Positions 17,193 through 27,239 of a stretch of 64,000 nt of DNA are shown piece after piece. This stretch comes from Kiritimatiellia bacterium (GTDB lineage: Bacteria > Verrucomicrobiota > Kiritimatiellia > CAIQIC01 > Lenti-01). The notes beneath the pieces are model-generated. The model saw only the letters and a program-made list of their open reading frames with translations. It made no database searches and was not told where the DNA came from. The first letter of the stretch is position 1. The number at the start of each line of letters is the position of its first letter. The position numbers and the translations under genes are program-made. The DNA is taken from contig JAXGNL010000009.1 in assembly GCA_040768005.1 (NCBI GenBank), positions 1,471 to 65,470 on the forward strand, given 5' to 3'.

Positions 17193-18488
17193 CTACTGCC
17201 AGAGAGCGGGCTGGCCGGTGGCGGCGATGACGGACCGCCAGAGTTCGCCTTCGGGGTCCACTTTCTTCCGGCTGGCGGTGGCGAGGGGGATGGGGGCATG
17301 GACATAGACCATGTGCCAGAGGCCGATGATGAGGTCGGTCTTGCCGGCCATGGCGGCATGGACGGCATGGCGGGCGAAGCCGTCGCAGAGCTGTGCGTCC
17401 TGCGAATTGGCGGGGACGGAGCGCACGATATAGGACGGGTCGATGTACTTGAGATTGACCTCGGTATCCCGCTCCTTGAAATACGCCAGGATCCGGTCGC
17501 GAAGGAACAGGCCGATGTCGGCCTTTTTCCGGTTGCCGGATGTATCGGTTTCCTCCAGCTGCTCCATCAGATCCTGGCCGGCGCCTTCGGCGACGACGAT
17601 GACCGCATGGTGGCGCCGGGTCATTCGCTGGTGGAGGGCGGCCAGAAAGCCCGTCGGGCCGTCCAGCAGGAGGGGAATTTCGGGAATCAGCGCGAAATTG
17701 ACCTCCTGGGAGGCGGCGGCGGCTCCCGCGGCGATGAATCCGGAATCGCGGCCCATGACCTTGACGAGTCCGATGCCGTTGGGCGCACCTTTGGATTCGC
17801 AGTGGGCGCCGTCGAGCACGGCGCGCGCCGATTCGATGGCGCTGAAATAGCCGAAGGTCATGTCCACGAACTGGATGTCGTTGTCGATGGTCTTGGGAAC
17901 GCCGACCACGGCAATGGGCAGCCCGCGCCGGAGGGCCTCCCGGGCGATTTCGTGGGTGCCGCGCTGGGTGCCGTCGCCCCCCACGCAGATCAGGATGTGG
18001 ATCTGGTGGCGGACGAGGAAGTCGACCATTTCCGCCGTGTCCTGCCGTCCGCGGGAAGAGGAGAGGATGGAGCCGCCGTCGCGGTGGATATGATCCACCC
18101 GTTCCGGCGTCAGCACCAGCGGAGGTTCGCCCTTTTCCGTGAGTCCGCGGAACCCGTGGCGGAGGCCCAGGACTTCCCGGACGCCGTAGTTGAAGTGCAG
18201 TTCGAGGAAGGCGGAACGGATGACGTTGTTGATGCCGGGGCAAAGGCCGCCGCAGGTGACGATGGCGGCGCGGGTTTGCGAGGGATCGAAGAACAGCTGC
18301 TGGCGCGGGCCGGCTTTTTCGAAGAACGCGGCACTGTCTTCGGGCTCCCCCGGGCCGACGACGACCTGATGGCGGACGCGCATTTCGTCCGAGACAAAAT
18401 TGCTGATGGCGTCGTCCTGAACCGTATTGAAGGCGAGGGGGGAGGGGTGGCGGGCGGGGCCAAGGACGGGGATGCGGGTATCCAGCAT
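17193..18488 (-). CDS. pfkA: ATP-dependent 6-phosphofructokinase (long, plant-like clade)
   Basis: IVTCGGLCPGINNVIR, CVGGDGTQRG (Gly rather than Asp points to the ATP type), PKTIDNDI, MGRDSGFIA. Start taken at MLDTRIP. Confidence 0.85.
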   Translation of the reverse strand: MLDTRIPVLGPARHPSPLAFNTVQDDAISNFVSDEMRVRHQVVVGPGEPEDSAAFFEKAGPRQQLFFDPSQTRAAIVTCGGLCPGINNVIRSAFLELHFNYGVREVLGLRHGFRGLTEKGEPPLVLTPERVDHIHRDGGSILSSSRGRQDTAEMVDFLVRHQIHILICVGGDGTQRGTHEIAREALRRGLPIAVVGVPKTIDNDIQFVDMTFGYFSAIESARAVLDGAHCESKGAPNGIGLVKVMGRDSGFIAAGAAAASQEVNFALIPEIPLLLDGPTGFLAALHQRMTRRHHAVIVVAEGAGQDLMEQLEETDTSGNRKKADIGLFLRDRILAYFKERDTEVNLKYIDPSYIVRSVPANSQDAQLCDGFARHAVHAAMAGKTDLIIGLWHMVYVHAPIPLATASRKKVDPEGELWRSVIAATGQPALWQ

Positions 18489-18523
18489 GGGGGCGGCTCC
18501 TGGGGGTGTCGTGTGCGGATGGT

Positions 18524-19810
18524 TCATGGCAGCTGCGGATTGCGTGCGGTCAGGCGCAGGCGGTAGGTGATGGTCCGGGTGGATTTCGGCGGCACGGTGG
18601 TTTCGAAGCGCAGCTCGCGGCCGGCGGCCGTGGCGGGGATTGAAGAACGGACCAGATTCCATTCCATGGGCGTAACGGGTTTTTCAATGGCCGTGACCTG
18701 AACCGGGGTGTCCAGCCGGTTGGCCAGCAGGATGGAATGGTCGGACTGCCAGGCGCCCTCGGGCAGGGGGATTTCTTCGCTCGTCTGCCGGGTGGCGCGG
18801 ACGGTATCGGTCAGCCCCATGTCCACCTGCAGGGTGCCGGGATGGGGGGTATGGGCCACGTGGCCCGTCTGGAGAGGCGCGCCGCGGGCCGCCCCCAGAA
18901 ACAGGTCGGCCTGGCCGGGGGGCAGGGGAAAGCCGAGTCCATGGGATGCGCTGTTTGGAATCAGCAGCAGCCGCCGCAGGGGAAGCCCCCCGGACCGGGT
19001 GGGCGCGGGGATTTCGTCGGAATGGCACAGGTGGACGATTTGCGCGGGCTTGCGGACCACCCGAGCAAACAGGATTTCCGTTTCATTGCGCGCCGGAATG
19101 TCCGCCGGGGCGTCGAGGGGATAATGGCGGGGCAGTTCCGCCGGCGGATCGGGATGGAACAGCCAGAGATCGGAGAGCGGCGTATCGGGGTTGACCGCCA
19201 GCAGGCCGAACGGCTTCGGCGGCGGCAGAAGAGTGGCGTCACTGCCCGTCAGGGACAGCCGGGCATCGGGAAACGCGGCAGGCGTATCGTTGCGGATGCG
19301 GACATGGGCGGAGAGGTCCACCTGGACGGATTGAATGGATTCCGGTCCGATGCCGCGGACCACCACGCGGTAGAACGCCTGCCAGCCGAGACCCGGCAGG
19401 CGATAGGTCAGCGAGTGTCCCATGCGGTGGGACATGGGACGCTCCAGTTCGATGTCCAGCACGTCGTGCGACGGCCGGCGCACGGCGATGCCGTCGCGCG
19501 GCGTCCAGACCAGCGGAGCGGAATCCTCCGGGCCGGCACCGGGTTCGGGGGTGTCGCGCCAGCGCCATTCCCGAACCGGCCAGGGGCGGCCGATGCTCCA
19601 GACCTGCAGCGTGTCGAGATCGATTTCCGGCGGGGGACGGGTCCAGTGAACCGCCGAAATTTCCGTTTCTCCGGACGGCGGAAAGAACTCCCGCACCTGC
19701 GCCCATCCCTGGCCGATCGTCAGCAGCGCCGGGGGGGCGCCCGCAGCGGAAAGGCCGGCCAGAACGGTCCCGGCCAGAACCGACATGCCGAGATGGCGGG
19801 GACATTTCAT
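18524..19810 (-). CDS. secreted protein, DUF4139/MuiA-like (tentative)
   Basis: Start taken at MKCPRHLGMSVLAGTVLAGLSAAGA (signal peptide). Beta-rich, with a VRIRNDTPAAFPDARLSLTG-type motif. Confidence 0.55.
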   Translation of the reverse strand: MKCPRHLGMSVLAGTVLAGLSAAGAPPALLTIGQGWAQVREFFPPSGETEISAVHWTRPPPEIDLDTLQVWSIGRPWPVREWRWRDTPEPGAGPEDSAPLVWTPRDGIAVRRPSHDVLDIELERPMSHRMGHSLTYRLPGLGWQAFYRVVVRGIGPESIQSVQVDLSAHVRIRNDTPAAFPDARLSLTGSDATLLPPPKPFGLLAVNPDTPLSDLWLFHPDPPAELPRHYPLDAPADIPARNETEILFARVVRKPAQIVHLCHSDEIPAPTRSGGLPLRRLLLIPNSASHGLGFPLPPGQADLFLGAARGAPLQTGHVAHTPHPGTLQVDMGLTDTVRATRQTSEEIPLPEGAWQSDHSILLANRLDTPVQVTAIEKPVTPMEWNLVRSSIPATAAGRELRFETTVPPKSTRTITYRLRLTARNPQLP

Positions 19811-20060
19811 GTGGAACCGGAGCATAAGCGCCGCATGCGGACGGGGCAAGGCGAGAATGGCTGCCGGGGGGCGGAGAGGGGAGGAGCGGGGCGACGCCGG
19901 CTTTGGCGTAGCGCGGGGCTCCCGCCCCGCGAGGATCGGGAAGAGGAGGAGAATGTCCAATGTCCAACAAGGAATATCCAATTATCCAAGTAGGTGAACA
20001 GCCTGCACGCGACAGAGCCGCGTGCTACGGGGGTGCAGGGCGCGGGAGGACTGCCGGCCG

Positions 20061-21488
20061 TCAGCCCGCCATGGTTTGGATGACGTCGGCGGCGGTATAG
20101 TCCGTCTGTCCGTCGGCGCAGAAGCGGCCGACGCCTGCGAGGTCGTCGCCCAGGGTGACGAGGGGAAGTTCGGGGGAGCCGTCGGGCTGGAGGCAGGGCA
20201 GGCCGATGTTGGCGACCAGGGCATTGCAGAGGCACTTGCGCCCGGCGGCGGCCTCGGGCTTGCCGCCCTTGGCGATCCAGGCCGCTTCGGGTTCGGCGGC
20301 GCAACGGTAGCCCAGGGAGCCGTCCGCTTTCCGGTAGGCTTCGCGCAGGAACCCGAGGTTGCAGACGCGTTGGCGCCGGGCGTACACATCGGGATCGGAC
20401 AGCGTGCCTTCGAGTTCGGCCACCTTGAAGGGGAATCCGGTCGGGGAGGCGAGGGCATCGGTAAACACCCGGGCCTTGCCGGTCAGGGCTTTGGTCACCA
20501 GCGCGCGCCGCAGATCCGGCGCAAGGCCGGACTCCGTGCACAGGGCGAAGGCCGTGCCCATCTGGATGCCGGCGGCGCCGAGGCCGAGGGCCTCGCGGTA
20601 CTTCTCGGGCGAGCCGTAGCCGCCGGCCAGCCAGAACGGCAGGCCGATCTTGCGGAAGATGTCCAGGTCGGCCACATCGCGCGGGCCATACACCGGCTGG
20701 CCGTCGGGGGTGAACTGCATCTGGCCGCGCGGGGGCGCGTTATGCCCGCCCGCCACGGCGGTTTCGATCACGAACCCGTCCACGCCTCCGGGGAGCCGCC
20801 GGGCCATCATCGTGCCCAGCGTCGCCGACGACACAATCGGCAGGAACGCCGGCTTCTCCAGCAGGGGCAGGGTCTGTCCGGGCTCCGCGAAGTCCGCCAG
20901 GTCCAGCGTCAGGACGACGAGTTCCGCCGCCTTGGGACCGCTGACCGCCACCGTATAGGACGCGGGCTGGTGGTTGGCCAGGGCCTGGATGGCCGTCGGG
21001 AACTCCAGGGGGATGCCCGCGCCGACAATGATAACGGCCGCCCCGGCGAGCATCGCGCCGTAGAGCGACGGCAGGTGCGGCATCTGGATTTTCTCCAGAA
21101 AATTGATTCCCACGGGGCCCGAGTGCCCTTCCCGGGCCAGAAAGACCTCGACGAAATTCGCGGCGATGCACAGCTCCTGCGCCGGCAGGTTGCGCTCCGC
21201 CGCAAGCATTTTTCCGGGCTTGCGGGGCTTGGACGGGTCCTGTCCGCCCGGAACGAAATAGGCGTCCAGGATTCGCTTGGCCACGCGGGGAAAGGGAAAG
21301 TGCTCCAGGGCGCGGCGGATGGCGCCGTCGGCGTCGCCGTTCTGCAGGCGGAGCGACAGCAGCTGGTCCAAGGCCGTGCCGGCCACGACGCCCAGCTGGC
21401 CCAGGCGGGCCACGGCCTTCGCCAGGCGCCAGTTGGAGACACCGGCGCCCATGCCGCCCTGAATAATCGAAGGGATGGTTAGATTCAT
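20061..21488 (-). CDS. nitronate monooxygenase / FabK-like FMN oxidoreductase family protein
   Basis: Start at MNLTIPSIIQGGMGAGVSNWRLA. ...IETAVAGGHN..., ...GAAGIQMGTAF... Confidence 0.75.
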   Translation of the reverse strand: MNLTIPSIIQGGMGAGVSNWRLAKAVARLGQLGVVAGTALDQLLSLRLQNGDADGAIRRALEHFPFPRVAKRILDAYFVPGGQDPSKPRKPGKMLAAERNLPAQELCIAANFVEVFLAREGHSGPVGINFLEKIQMPHLPSLYGAMLAGAAVIIVGAGIPLEFPTAIQALANHQPASYTVAVSGPKAAELVVLTLDLADFAEPGQTLPLLEKPAFLPIVSSATLGTMMARRLPGGVDGFVIETAVAGGHNAPPRGQMQFTPDGQPVYGPRDVADLDIFRKIGLPFWLAGGYGSPEKYREALGLGAAGIQMGTAFALCTESGLAPDLRRALVTKALTGKARVFTDALASPTGFPFKVAELEGTLSDPDVYARRQRVCNLGFLREAYRKADGSLGYRCAAEPEAAWIAKGGKPEAAAGRKCLCNALVANIGLPCLQPDGSPELPLVTLGDDLAGVGRFCADGQTDYTAADVIQTMAG

Positions 21489-21560
21489 GGAGAGCACCAT
21501 ACGCCCCTTGCCGGAAATGGCGAGCACCATTGCGCACCCCGCCGGGGCGCGGCTGCCGCC

Positions 21561-22022
21561 TCAGGACGATGGATTGTGTTCGGAGTTTCCGGCCCGGGGC
21601 GGAATGAGCAGAACGGGGCGGGTGGCTTTGTGGAGAACGCCCTTGCTGGTGGATCCCACGAGCCATTCATGCAGTTTGCCGTGGGCTCGCGTCCCCATCA
21701 GGATGATATCGGCGCCGATTTTGTCCGCTTCGCGCAGAATGGTGTCGGCGGTCGGCCCCTGCACCAGCAGGGCCGTGACCTCCAGACCGTCGCGGCGCAG
21801 CGTCTCGGCCATCTCTTCGAGTTGGACGCGCTGAACGCGCAACTGGTGGGCGATGGCGTCGCGCACGGTGTCGGGGCCGGTCTCGTATCCCACGAAGTCG
21901 GGGTTGGGCGCGGCCACATGCAGCAGCCAGAGCTTCGCCCCCAGTCCGCGGGCCCAGGGGAGGGCTTCCCGGAGAAGATCGGGGTGATCGGCGGCGAGAT
22001 CCAAAGCGGCCAGGATTTTCAT
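21561..22022 (-). CDS. universal stress protein
   Basis: MKILAALDLA...LWLLHV...ADIILMGTRAHGKLHEWLVGSTSKGVLHKATRPVLLIP. Confidence 0.8.
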   Translation of the reverse strand: MKILAALDLAADHPDLLREALPWARGLGAKLWLLHVAAPNPDFVGYETGPDTVRDAIAHQLRVQRVQLEEMAETLRRDGLEVTALLVQGPTADTILREADKIGADIILMGTRAHGKLHEWLVGSTSKGVLHKATRPVLLIPPRAGNSEHNPSS

Positions 22023-22438
22023 GATCAGCCCTCCTGCGTTGGCGTTGTCGTCTCTTCTATCCGGACTATATCGCATCCGGCCCGGGCGGACAAGGGCGGC
22101 TTCGGAGGAACAACCGGGGGAACAGCCAGGCAGAAAAACAGGAAACACCGGAACACAGGAGAACGGCCGGGGGAGGAAAAACTACGAAAGGCGCGAATAG
22201 AGGGAGGGAAAGGCAGGGGAGTATTGCAGCAGGAAGACAGGAAACACAGGACAACAGGATGACAGGATGTTTAGGATGGGAAACGGGGGTTCCGCGGACC
22301 CCGGACCCGGAATATATGGAATGATGGAATGGAGGACCCTTTCGCCTGCCCCCCTTCTGTCCCCTGACCCCTGTCCCCTGTTCCACCGACCTCGGACCGC
22401 GGACCGCGGGGCTTGCGGTTGGCGGGTTTCGGGGTAGG

Positions 22439-23047
22439 TTGGGAGGCATGAAAACCATGATGGTGCATCCCAGTTGGCGAGTATGGATCCTGGGGGCGGT
22501 CCTGGCGGGGGCGCGGGCCGCGGGCGCGGCGGAAGGAGCGGAGCCGGTGCAGAGCATCCATGAATTCACGATGACGGACATTGACGGCCGGGAGGTGGCG
22601 CTGTCGGACTACCGGGGCCGGGTGCTGCTGGTGGTGAACGTGGCGAGCCGGTGCGGGTTCACTCGGCAGTATGCGGGGCTGGAGAAGCTGTACCAGGCCA
22701 ACCAAGACCGCGGATTCGCCGTGCTGGGATTTCCCGCCAACAACTTCATGGGGCAGGAGCCGGGGACGGAGGCCGAGATCAAGAGCTTCTGCACGCTGAC
22801 CTACGGCGTGACGTTTCCGATGTTTGCCAAGATCTCCGTGAAGGGCAAAACCATCCATCCGCTCTATGCCTGGTTGACGGATAAGAAACTCCACCCGGAG
22901 CATGGCGGGGCCATTTCGTGGAACTTCAACAAATTCCTGATCGGGAAGGACGGGCGGGTGCTGGGGCGCTACGGCAGCCGCACGGAGCCGGACGATCCGG
23001 AACTCGCGGCGGCGATCGAAACGGCGCTTTCCGCGCCCGTCCCCTGA
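22439..23047 (+). CDS. glutathione peroxidase (Cys type), secreted
   Basis: LLVVNVASRCGFT, LGFPANNFMGQEPG, WNFNKFLIGKDG. N-terminal signal-like segment. Confidence 0.9.
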   Translation: MGGMKTMMVHPSWRVWILGAVLAGARAAGAAEGAEPVQSIHEFTMTDIDGREVALSDYRGRVLLVVNVASRCGFTRQYAGLEKLYQANQDRGFAVLGFPANNFMGQEPGTEAEIKSFCTLTYGVTFPMFAKISVKGKTIHPLYAWLTDKKLHPEHGGAISWNFNKFLIGKDGRVLGRYGSRTEPDDPELAAAIETALSAPVP

Positions 23048-23175
23048 GTGCAGACCGGCAGAGGCCGGCGCCGGACGCCAGCGGGTGAGCGGCGTTGAGC
23101 TTGTGCGCGGCCCGGAACCGCGACGCCCGGGCTTGACTGGGACGCAGGGCATGATAGTTTCGGCTCCGATAAATG

Positions 23176-23280
23176 GTCGCTAGGGGTGTCCTCGAGAAAG
23201 AGGGCTGAGAGTTCCCGTTGGGCGGGATAACCCTTGGAACCTGTTGGATCATTCCAGCGCAGGGACAGCGGATCGCTCGA
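23176..23280 (+). promoter_or_regulatory. TPP (THI-box) riboswitch
   Basis: GGGGTG...CTGAGA...ACCCTTGGAACCTGTTGGATCATTCCAGCGCAGGGA matches the conserved THI-box core. Lies directly upstream of cytX-thiM-thiE-thiD. Confidence 0.85.
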
Positions 23281-23366
23281 AAGAAGCCGTGGTTTCTCCG
23301 ATGGAACCGCGGCTTTGGCATGCCGTGGCGGCAGGCTCCCCGGCGCACCGGAAAGGAACCGGAGAC

Positions 23367-24629
23367 ATGTCAATCAGCGGACCCATCGGCAAGGAGGAAC
23401 GGACGCTGCGGGAATGGGATTTCTTCCTGCTGTGGGCGGGGGCGGCGATTTCGCTGTCGGAGATCTGGGCGGGGGGCCTGCTGGTGTCGTTCGGGCTGGC
23501 GGCGGGCCTGGGGATCATCCTGCTGGGGCATCTGGCCGGCAATACGCCGATGGCGCTGGGCGGGCTGATCGGCAGCCGTCACGGGGTGCCGGCCATTGTC
23601 AGCACGCGCGGGGCGCTGGGCAACCGGGGATCGGCGCTGCCGGCGGTGCTGAACGTGGTGCAGCTGGCGGGCTGGACGGCGGTCATGCTGTGGATCGGCG
23701 GGCAGTCGGCGGCGGGCCTGGCGGGCGGGGCGGAGCACGCGGGGATCTGGATCGTGGCGCTGGGAGCCTTGACGACCGTCTGGGCCCTGGCGGGAAGCCG
23801 GGCCTGGCGGATGCTGCAGAAGATCGGCGTGGTGCTGCTGCTGGCGCTGTCGGTGGCGATGACGGTCCTGGCGCTGAGGACCTACGGGTGGCGCGAGCTG
23901 CTGGCCGCGCCGTCCGCGCCGTCCATGCCGTTCATGCTGGGGCTGGACCTGGCCATTGCGATGCCGATTTCGTGGATGCCGCTGGTGTCGGACTATACGC
24001 GCCACGCGGCGGTGCCGGGGCGCGGGATCCGCGGGACGTGGTGGGGCTATTTCATCGTGAGCTCGTGGATGTATGCCGTGGGACTGGTGGCGGCGCTGGC
24101 GACCGGCTCGGGCGCGCCGGAATCCATGCTGCTGCAGCTGATGGGCGGCCACGGGCTGCTGGCGCCCGCGGTGGCGATTGTGCTGCTCTCGACCCTGACG
24201 ACCACCTTTCTCGACATCTATTCCAACGCGGTGTCGGCCCAGAGCCTGTTTCCGAAGATGGGCACGCGGGGGCTGGTGCTGCTGGGCGGAGCGGCGGGAA
24301 CGCTGATCGCGCTGTTCTTCGATGCCACGAAATACGAGGCCTTTCTGCTGTTCATCGGGTCGGCGTTCTGTCCGCTGTTCGGCGTGGTGCTGGCGGACTA
24401 TTTCATCCTGAAGCGCGGATGCTACGTGGCGGAGGATCTGTACCGGCGCGGGCGGTACTGGTATGCGGGCGGGGTGAACTGGAGGGCCATGGGGGCGTGG
24501 GCGGCCGGGTTCGGCGTCTATCACGCGTGCGCGAAGACGGGCTTTGCCGGCGGGGCCTCGATCCCGGCCATGGGGCTGGCGGCGGCGATGTATCTGCTGA
24601 TTTCCATGAAAACGAAAGGACGGACATGA
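23367..24629 (+). CDS. cytX: NCS1-family permease, probable hydroxymethylpyrimidine transporter
   Basis: ATG 23367: MSISGPIGKEERTLREWDFFLLWAGAAISLSEIW... with 12 TM segments. Context behind the TPP riboswitch and ahead of thiM. Confidence 0.75.
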   Translation: MSISGPIGKEERTLREWDFFLLWAGAAISLSEIWAGGLLVSFGLAAGLGIILLGHLAGNTPMALGGLIGSRHGVPAIVSTRGALGNRGSALPAVLNVVQLAGWTAVMLWIGGQSAAGLAGGAEHAGIWIVALGALTTVWALAGSRAWRMLQKIGVVLLLALSVAMTVLALRTYGWRELLAAPSAPSMPFMLGLDLAIAMPISWMPLVSDYTRHAAVPGRGIRGTWWGYFIVSSWMYAVGLVAALATGSGAPESMLLQLMGGHGLLAPAVAIVLLSTLTTTFLDIYSNAVSAQSLFPKMGTRGLVLLGGAAGTLIALFFDATKYEAFLLFIGSAFCPLFGVVLADYFILKRGCYVAEDLYRRGRYWYAGGVNWRAMGAWAAGFGVYHACAKTGFAGGASIPAMGLAAAMYLLISMKTKGRT

Positions 24630-25441
24630 ATCCGGAATCCACATGGGCCGCGCAGGCGGCCGCGAATCGCCAGGCGGTCAGGGCGCAGAAGCCCCTGGTG
24701 CACAACATCACCAACTATGTGGTGATGAATTTCACGGCGAATGTCCTGCTGGCGGCGGGGGCGGCGCCGGTGATGGCGCACGCGGAAAACGAGGTCGAGG
24801 AGATGGTGGCCTTTGCGAAGGCCCTGGTGCTGAACATCGGGACGCTGGATGACGCCTGGATTGCCTCCATGCTCAAGGCGGGGCGGAAGGCGTCCGAACT
24901 GGGCGTGCCGGTCATTCTGGATCCGGTGGGCGCCGGCGCGACAACGCTGCGCACGGAGGCGGCCCGGCGGATTCTCGGCGAAGTCCGGGTGTCGCTGGTG
25001 AGGGGCAATGCATCGGAGATTCTCGCATTGAGCGGTGCCGCGGCCCGGACCCGGGGGGTGGATTCGGCGGACACGGTGGAGGCGGCGGCGGCCCGGGCCG
25101 GCGCGCTGGCGCGGGACCTCGGCGTGCCCGTGGCGATCACCGGGCCGGTGGATTACGTCACCGACGGCCGGCGCGTGCTGCGGGTGGCCAACGGGCATCC
25201 GCTGATGGGGTGCGTGACCGGCACGGGCTGCGGGGCCACCGCCATCATCGGGGCCTTCGCGGGGGTGGAGGCCGACCCCGTTTCGGCGGCGGCCACGGGA
25301 CTGGCCTATTACGGGCTGGCGGGCGAGCACGCGGCGGACGGCGCGGCCGGGCCGGGCTCGTTCATGATCCGCTTTCTGGATGCCTTCCACGGGCTGACGG
25401 CGGAGGACCTGGCACAGGGCGTCCGCATTCAGGAGGGATGA
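24626..25441 (+). CDS. thiM: hydroxyethylthiazole kinase
   Basis: PLVHNITNYVVMNFTANVLLAAGAAPVMA..., ...DPVGAGAT..., ...GTGCG... ATGA overlap with cytX. Confidence 0.9.
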   Translation: MNPESTWAAQAAANRQAVRAQKPLVHNITNYVVMNFTANVLLAAGAAPVMAHAENEVEEMVAFAKALVLNIGTLDDAWIASMLKAGRKASELGVPVILDPVGAGATTLRTEAARRILGEVRVSLVRGNASEILALSGAAARTRGVDSADTVEAAAARAGALARDLGVPVAITGPVDYVTDGRRVLRVANGHPLMGCVTGTGCGATAIIGAFAGVEADPVSAAATGLAYYGLAGEHAADGAAGPGSFMIRFLDAFHGLTAEDLAQGVRIQEG

Positions 25442-25442
25442 A

Positions 25443-26096
25443 ATGGCCGCTGCGGATTACTCCCTGTATCTCGTCACGGACCGCGCGCTGGCGCGGGGGC
25501 GGCCGACGGCGGAGATTGTGCGGCAGGCGGTGCAGGGCGGGGTGACCTGCGTCCAGCTCCGGGAAAAGTCCTGCGGCACGCGGGAGTTCCTGGAGGAAGC
25601 CCGCACGGTGAAAGCGGTTCTGGCGGGCACCGGCGTGCCGCTGATCATCAACGACCGGGTGGACGTGGCGCTGGCGGCGGGAGCGGACGGCGTCCATCTG
25701 GGCCAGGACGACATGCCGCTGGCGGAGGCCCGGCGGATGGGACCGCCGGGGTGGATCATCGGGATTTCGGCGGAATCCGTGGCCGATGCGGTGCAGGCGG
25801 AACGGGACGGCGCGGATTATGTCGGCGCGAGCCCGGTGTTCGCCACGCCGACCAAGACCGACACGGCGCCGCCGCTGGGCCTGGCGGGGCTTCGGGCGGT
25901 TTGCGCTGCCGTCAAGATCCCGGTGGTGGCCATCGGCGGCCTTCATGCGGACAACGCGCACGACGTGGTTCGCGCCGGTGCGGCGGGCCTTGCCGTGGTG
26001 TCGGCCATCGTGGCGGCGGAGTCTCCGCGCACCGCCGCGGCGGAGTTGCGGCGGAGCATTCAAGGCATCCGGGAGCCCGGAAAGGAAGCTCTATAG
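25443..26096 (+). CDS. thiE: thiamine-phosphate synthase
   Basis: 217 aa. LYLVTDR..., VQLREK..., INDRVDVALA, GVHLGQDD, SPVFATPTK. Confidence 0.9.
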   Translation: MAAADYSLYLVTDRALARGRPTAEIVRQAVQGGVTCVQLREKSCGTREFLEEARTVKAVLAGTGVPLIINDRVDVALAAGADGVHLGQDDMPLAEARRMGPPGWIIGISAESVADAVQAERDGADYVGASPVFATPTKTDTAPPLGLAGLRAVCAAVKIPVVAIGGLHADNAHDVVRAGAAGLAVVSAIVAAESPRTAAAELRRSIQGIREPGKEAL

Positions 26097-26130
26097 TTAT
26101 TGCAATATGGATACATATGCAATAACTATA
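26092..26130. repeat. AT-rich palindromic element, copy 2
   Basis: TATAGTTATTGCAATATGGATACATATGCAATAACTATA with 13-nt perfect arms. Overlaps the thiE stop codon. Shares TATAGTTATTGCAATATG.ATACATAT.GCAATA with copy 1. Confidence 0.8.
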
Positions 26131-26172
26131 CAGGATCAAATCATGGTAGACGGCAGGCAGGGAGAGGGCGGC

Positions 26173-26988
26173 ATGAGTGAGAAAGCGTATCGGCGGGTGT
26201 TGACGATTGCGGGATCGGACTGCGGGGGCGGGGCGGGGATCCAGGCGGATCTGAAGACCTTCGCGGCGAACGGATGCTACGGGATGTGCGTGATCACGGC
26301 GCTGACGGCGCAGAACACACAGGGGGTGACGGGAATTCATCCGGTGCCGGTGGAGTTCGTGGAGCGGCAGCTGGATGCGGTGCTGGGGGACATCGGCGCG
26401 GATGCGGTGAAAATCGGCATGCTGTACTCGGCGGAGCTGATCGCGGCGGTGGCGGGGAAGCTGCGCGCGTACGGCGTCCAACGGATCGTGGCGGATCCGG
26501 TGATGGTGGCGCAGAGCGGAGACAAGCTGCTGCAGGATGACGCGGTGGAGGCGTTGAAAACGCATCTGTTTCCGCTGGCGGAAATCATCACGCCCAATCT
26601 GCCGGAAGCGGCGGTGCTGCTGGGCCGGGAGGTGGCCGGCGCGGCGGACATGGAAACCGCCGCGGCGGATTTGCTGCAATGGGGCAGCCGGCATGTCCTG
26701 GTGAAAGGGGGGCACCTGGAGGCTGACGGAAGCGAGGATGTCCTGGTGTCGGCCGGGAGCCCCGGGGCGGAGCGCTTCGGGGACGAGCGGATTCAAACGC
26801 GGAACACGCACGGGACGGGCTGCACGCTGTCGTCGGCCATTGCGGCTCATCTGGCGAAAGGCGAAGGCGTGACGGAGGCGGTCGGCCATGCCAAGGAATA
26901 CATCCGCCGGGCCATTCGGGCCGGCGCGGGATATCGCATCGGGCACGGGCACGGGCCGGTGCATCATTTCTGGCCGTTCTGGGAGTAA
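26173..26988 (+). CDS. thiD: hydroxymethylpyrimidine/phosphomethylpyrimidine kinase
   Basis: ATG 26173 after [30 protein letters not shown]..., ...[14 protein letters not shown]... Confidence 0.9.
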   Translation: MSEKAYRRVLTIAGSDCGGGAGIQADLKTFAANGCYGMCVITALTAQNTQGVTGIHPVPVEFVERQLDAVLGDIGADAVKIGMLYSAELIAAVAGKLRAYGVQRIVADPVMVAQSGDKLLQDDAVEALKTHLFPLAEIITPNLPEAAVLLGREVAGAADMETAAADLLQWGSRHVLVKGGHLEADGSEDVLVSAGSPGAERFGDERIQTRNTHGTGCTLSSAIAAHLAKGEGVTEAVGHAKEYIRRAIRAGAGYRIGHGHGPVHHFWPFWE

Positions 26989-27132
26989 GGAGGGAGGATG
27001 AGGCCTGCGGTCCGAGGGGGGACAGGGGGAGCTGGATCAGCCAAGCAGGAAAACAGGAAACCCAGGAAAGCAGGAATGGGGAGGGGACAGGGGACAGGGG
27101 GCAGGAGACAGGAGACAGGCCGGTTTTCCGGA

Positions 27133-27204
27133 TTTTCCACGGTGTGGAAAACTTTTTTCCATGGCGTGGAAAACCGGCGGAAATTTTTTCCATGGCGTGG
27201 AAAA
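27133..27204. repeat. triple-palindrome element, copy 2
   Basis: Units at 27133-27151, 27155-27173 and 27186-27204, spacing 22/31 bp as in copy 1. Lies between the convergent thiD and AI-2E transporter genes. Confidence 0.85.
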
Positions 27205-27239
27205 TCCGGAACCGGCCGAAGACGGGGGGTGGACGGGGA

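Noticed and set aside
23234-25441. 735-aa ORF that appears to fuse the permease region to thiM.
   Set aside because: Only its last 271 codons (from ATG 24626) are thiM. The upstream part is an alternative frame of cytX with an Arg/Gly-rich translation.
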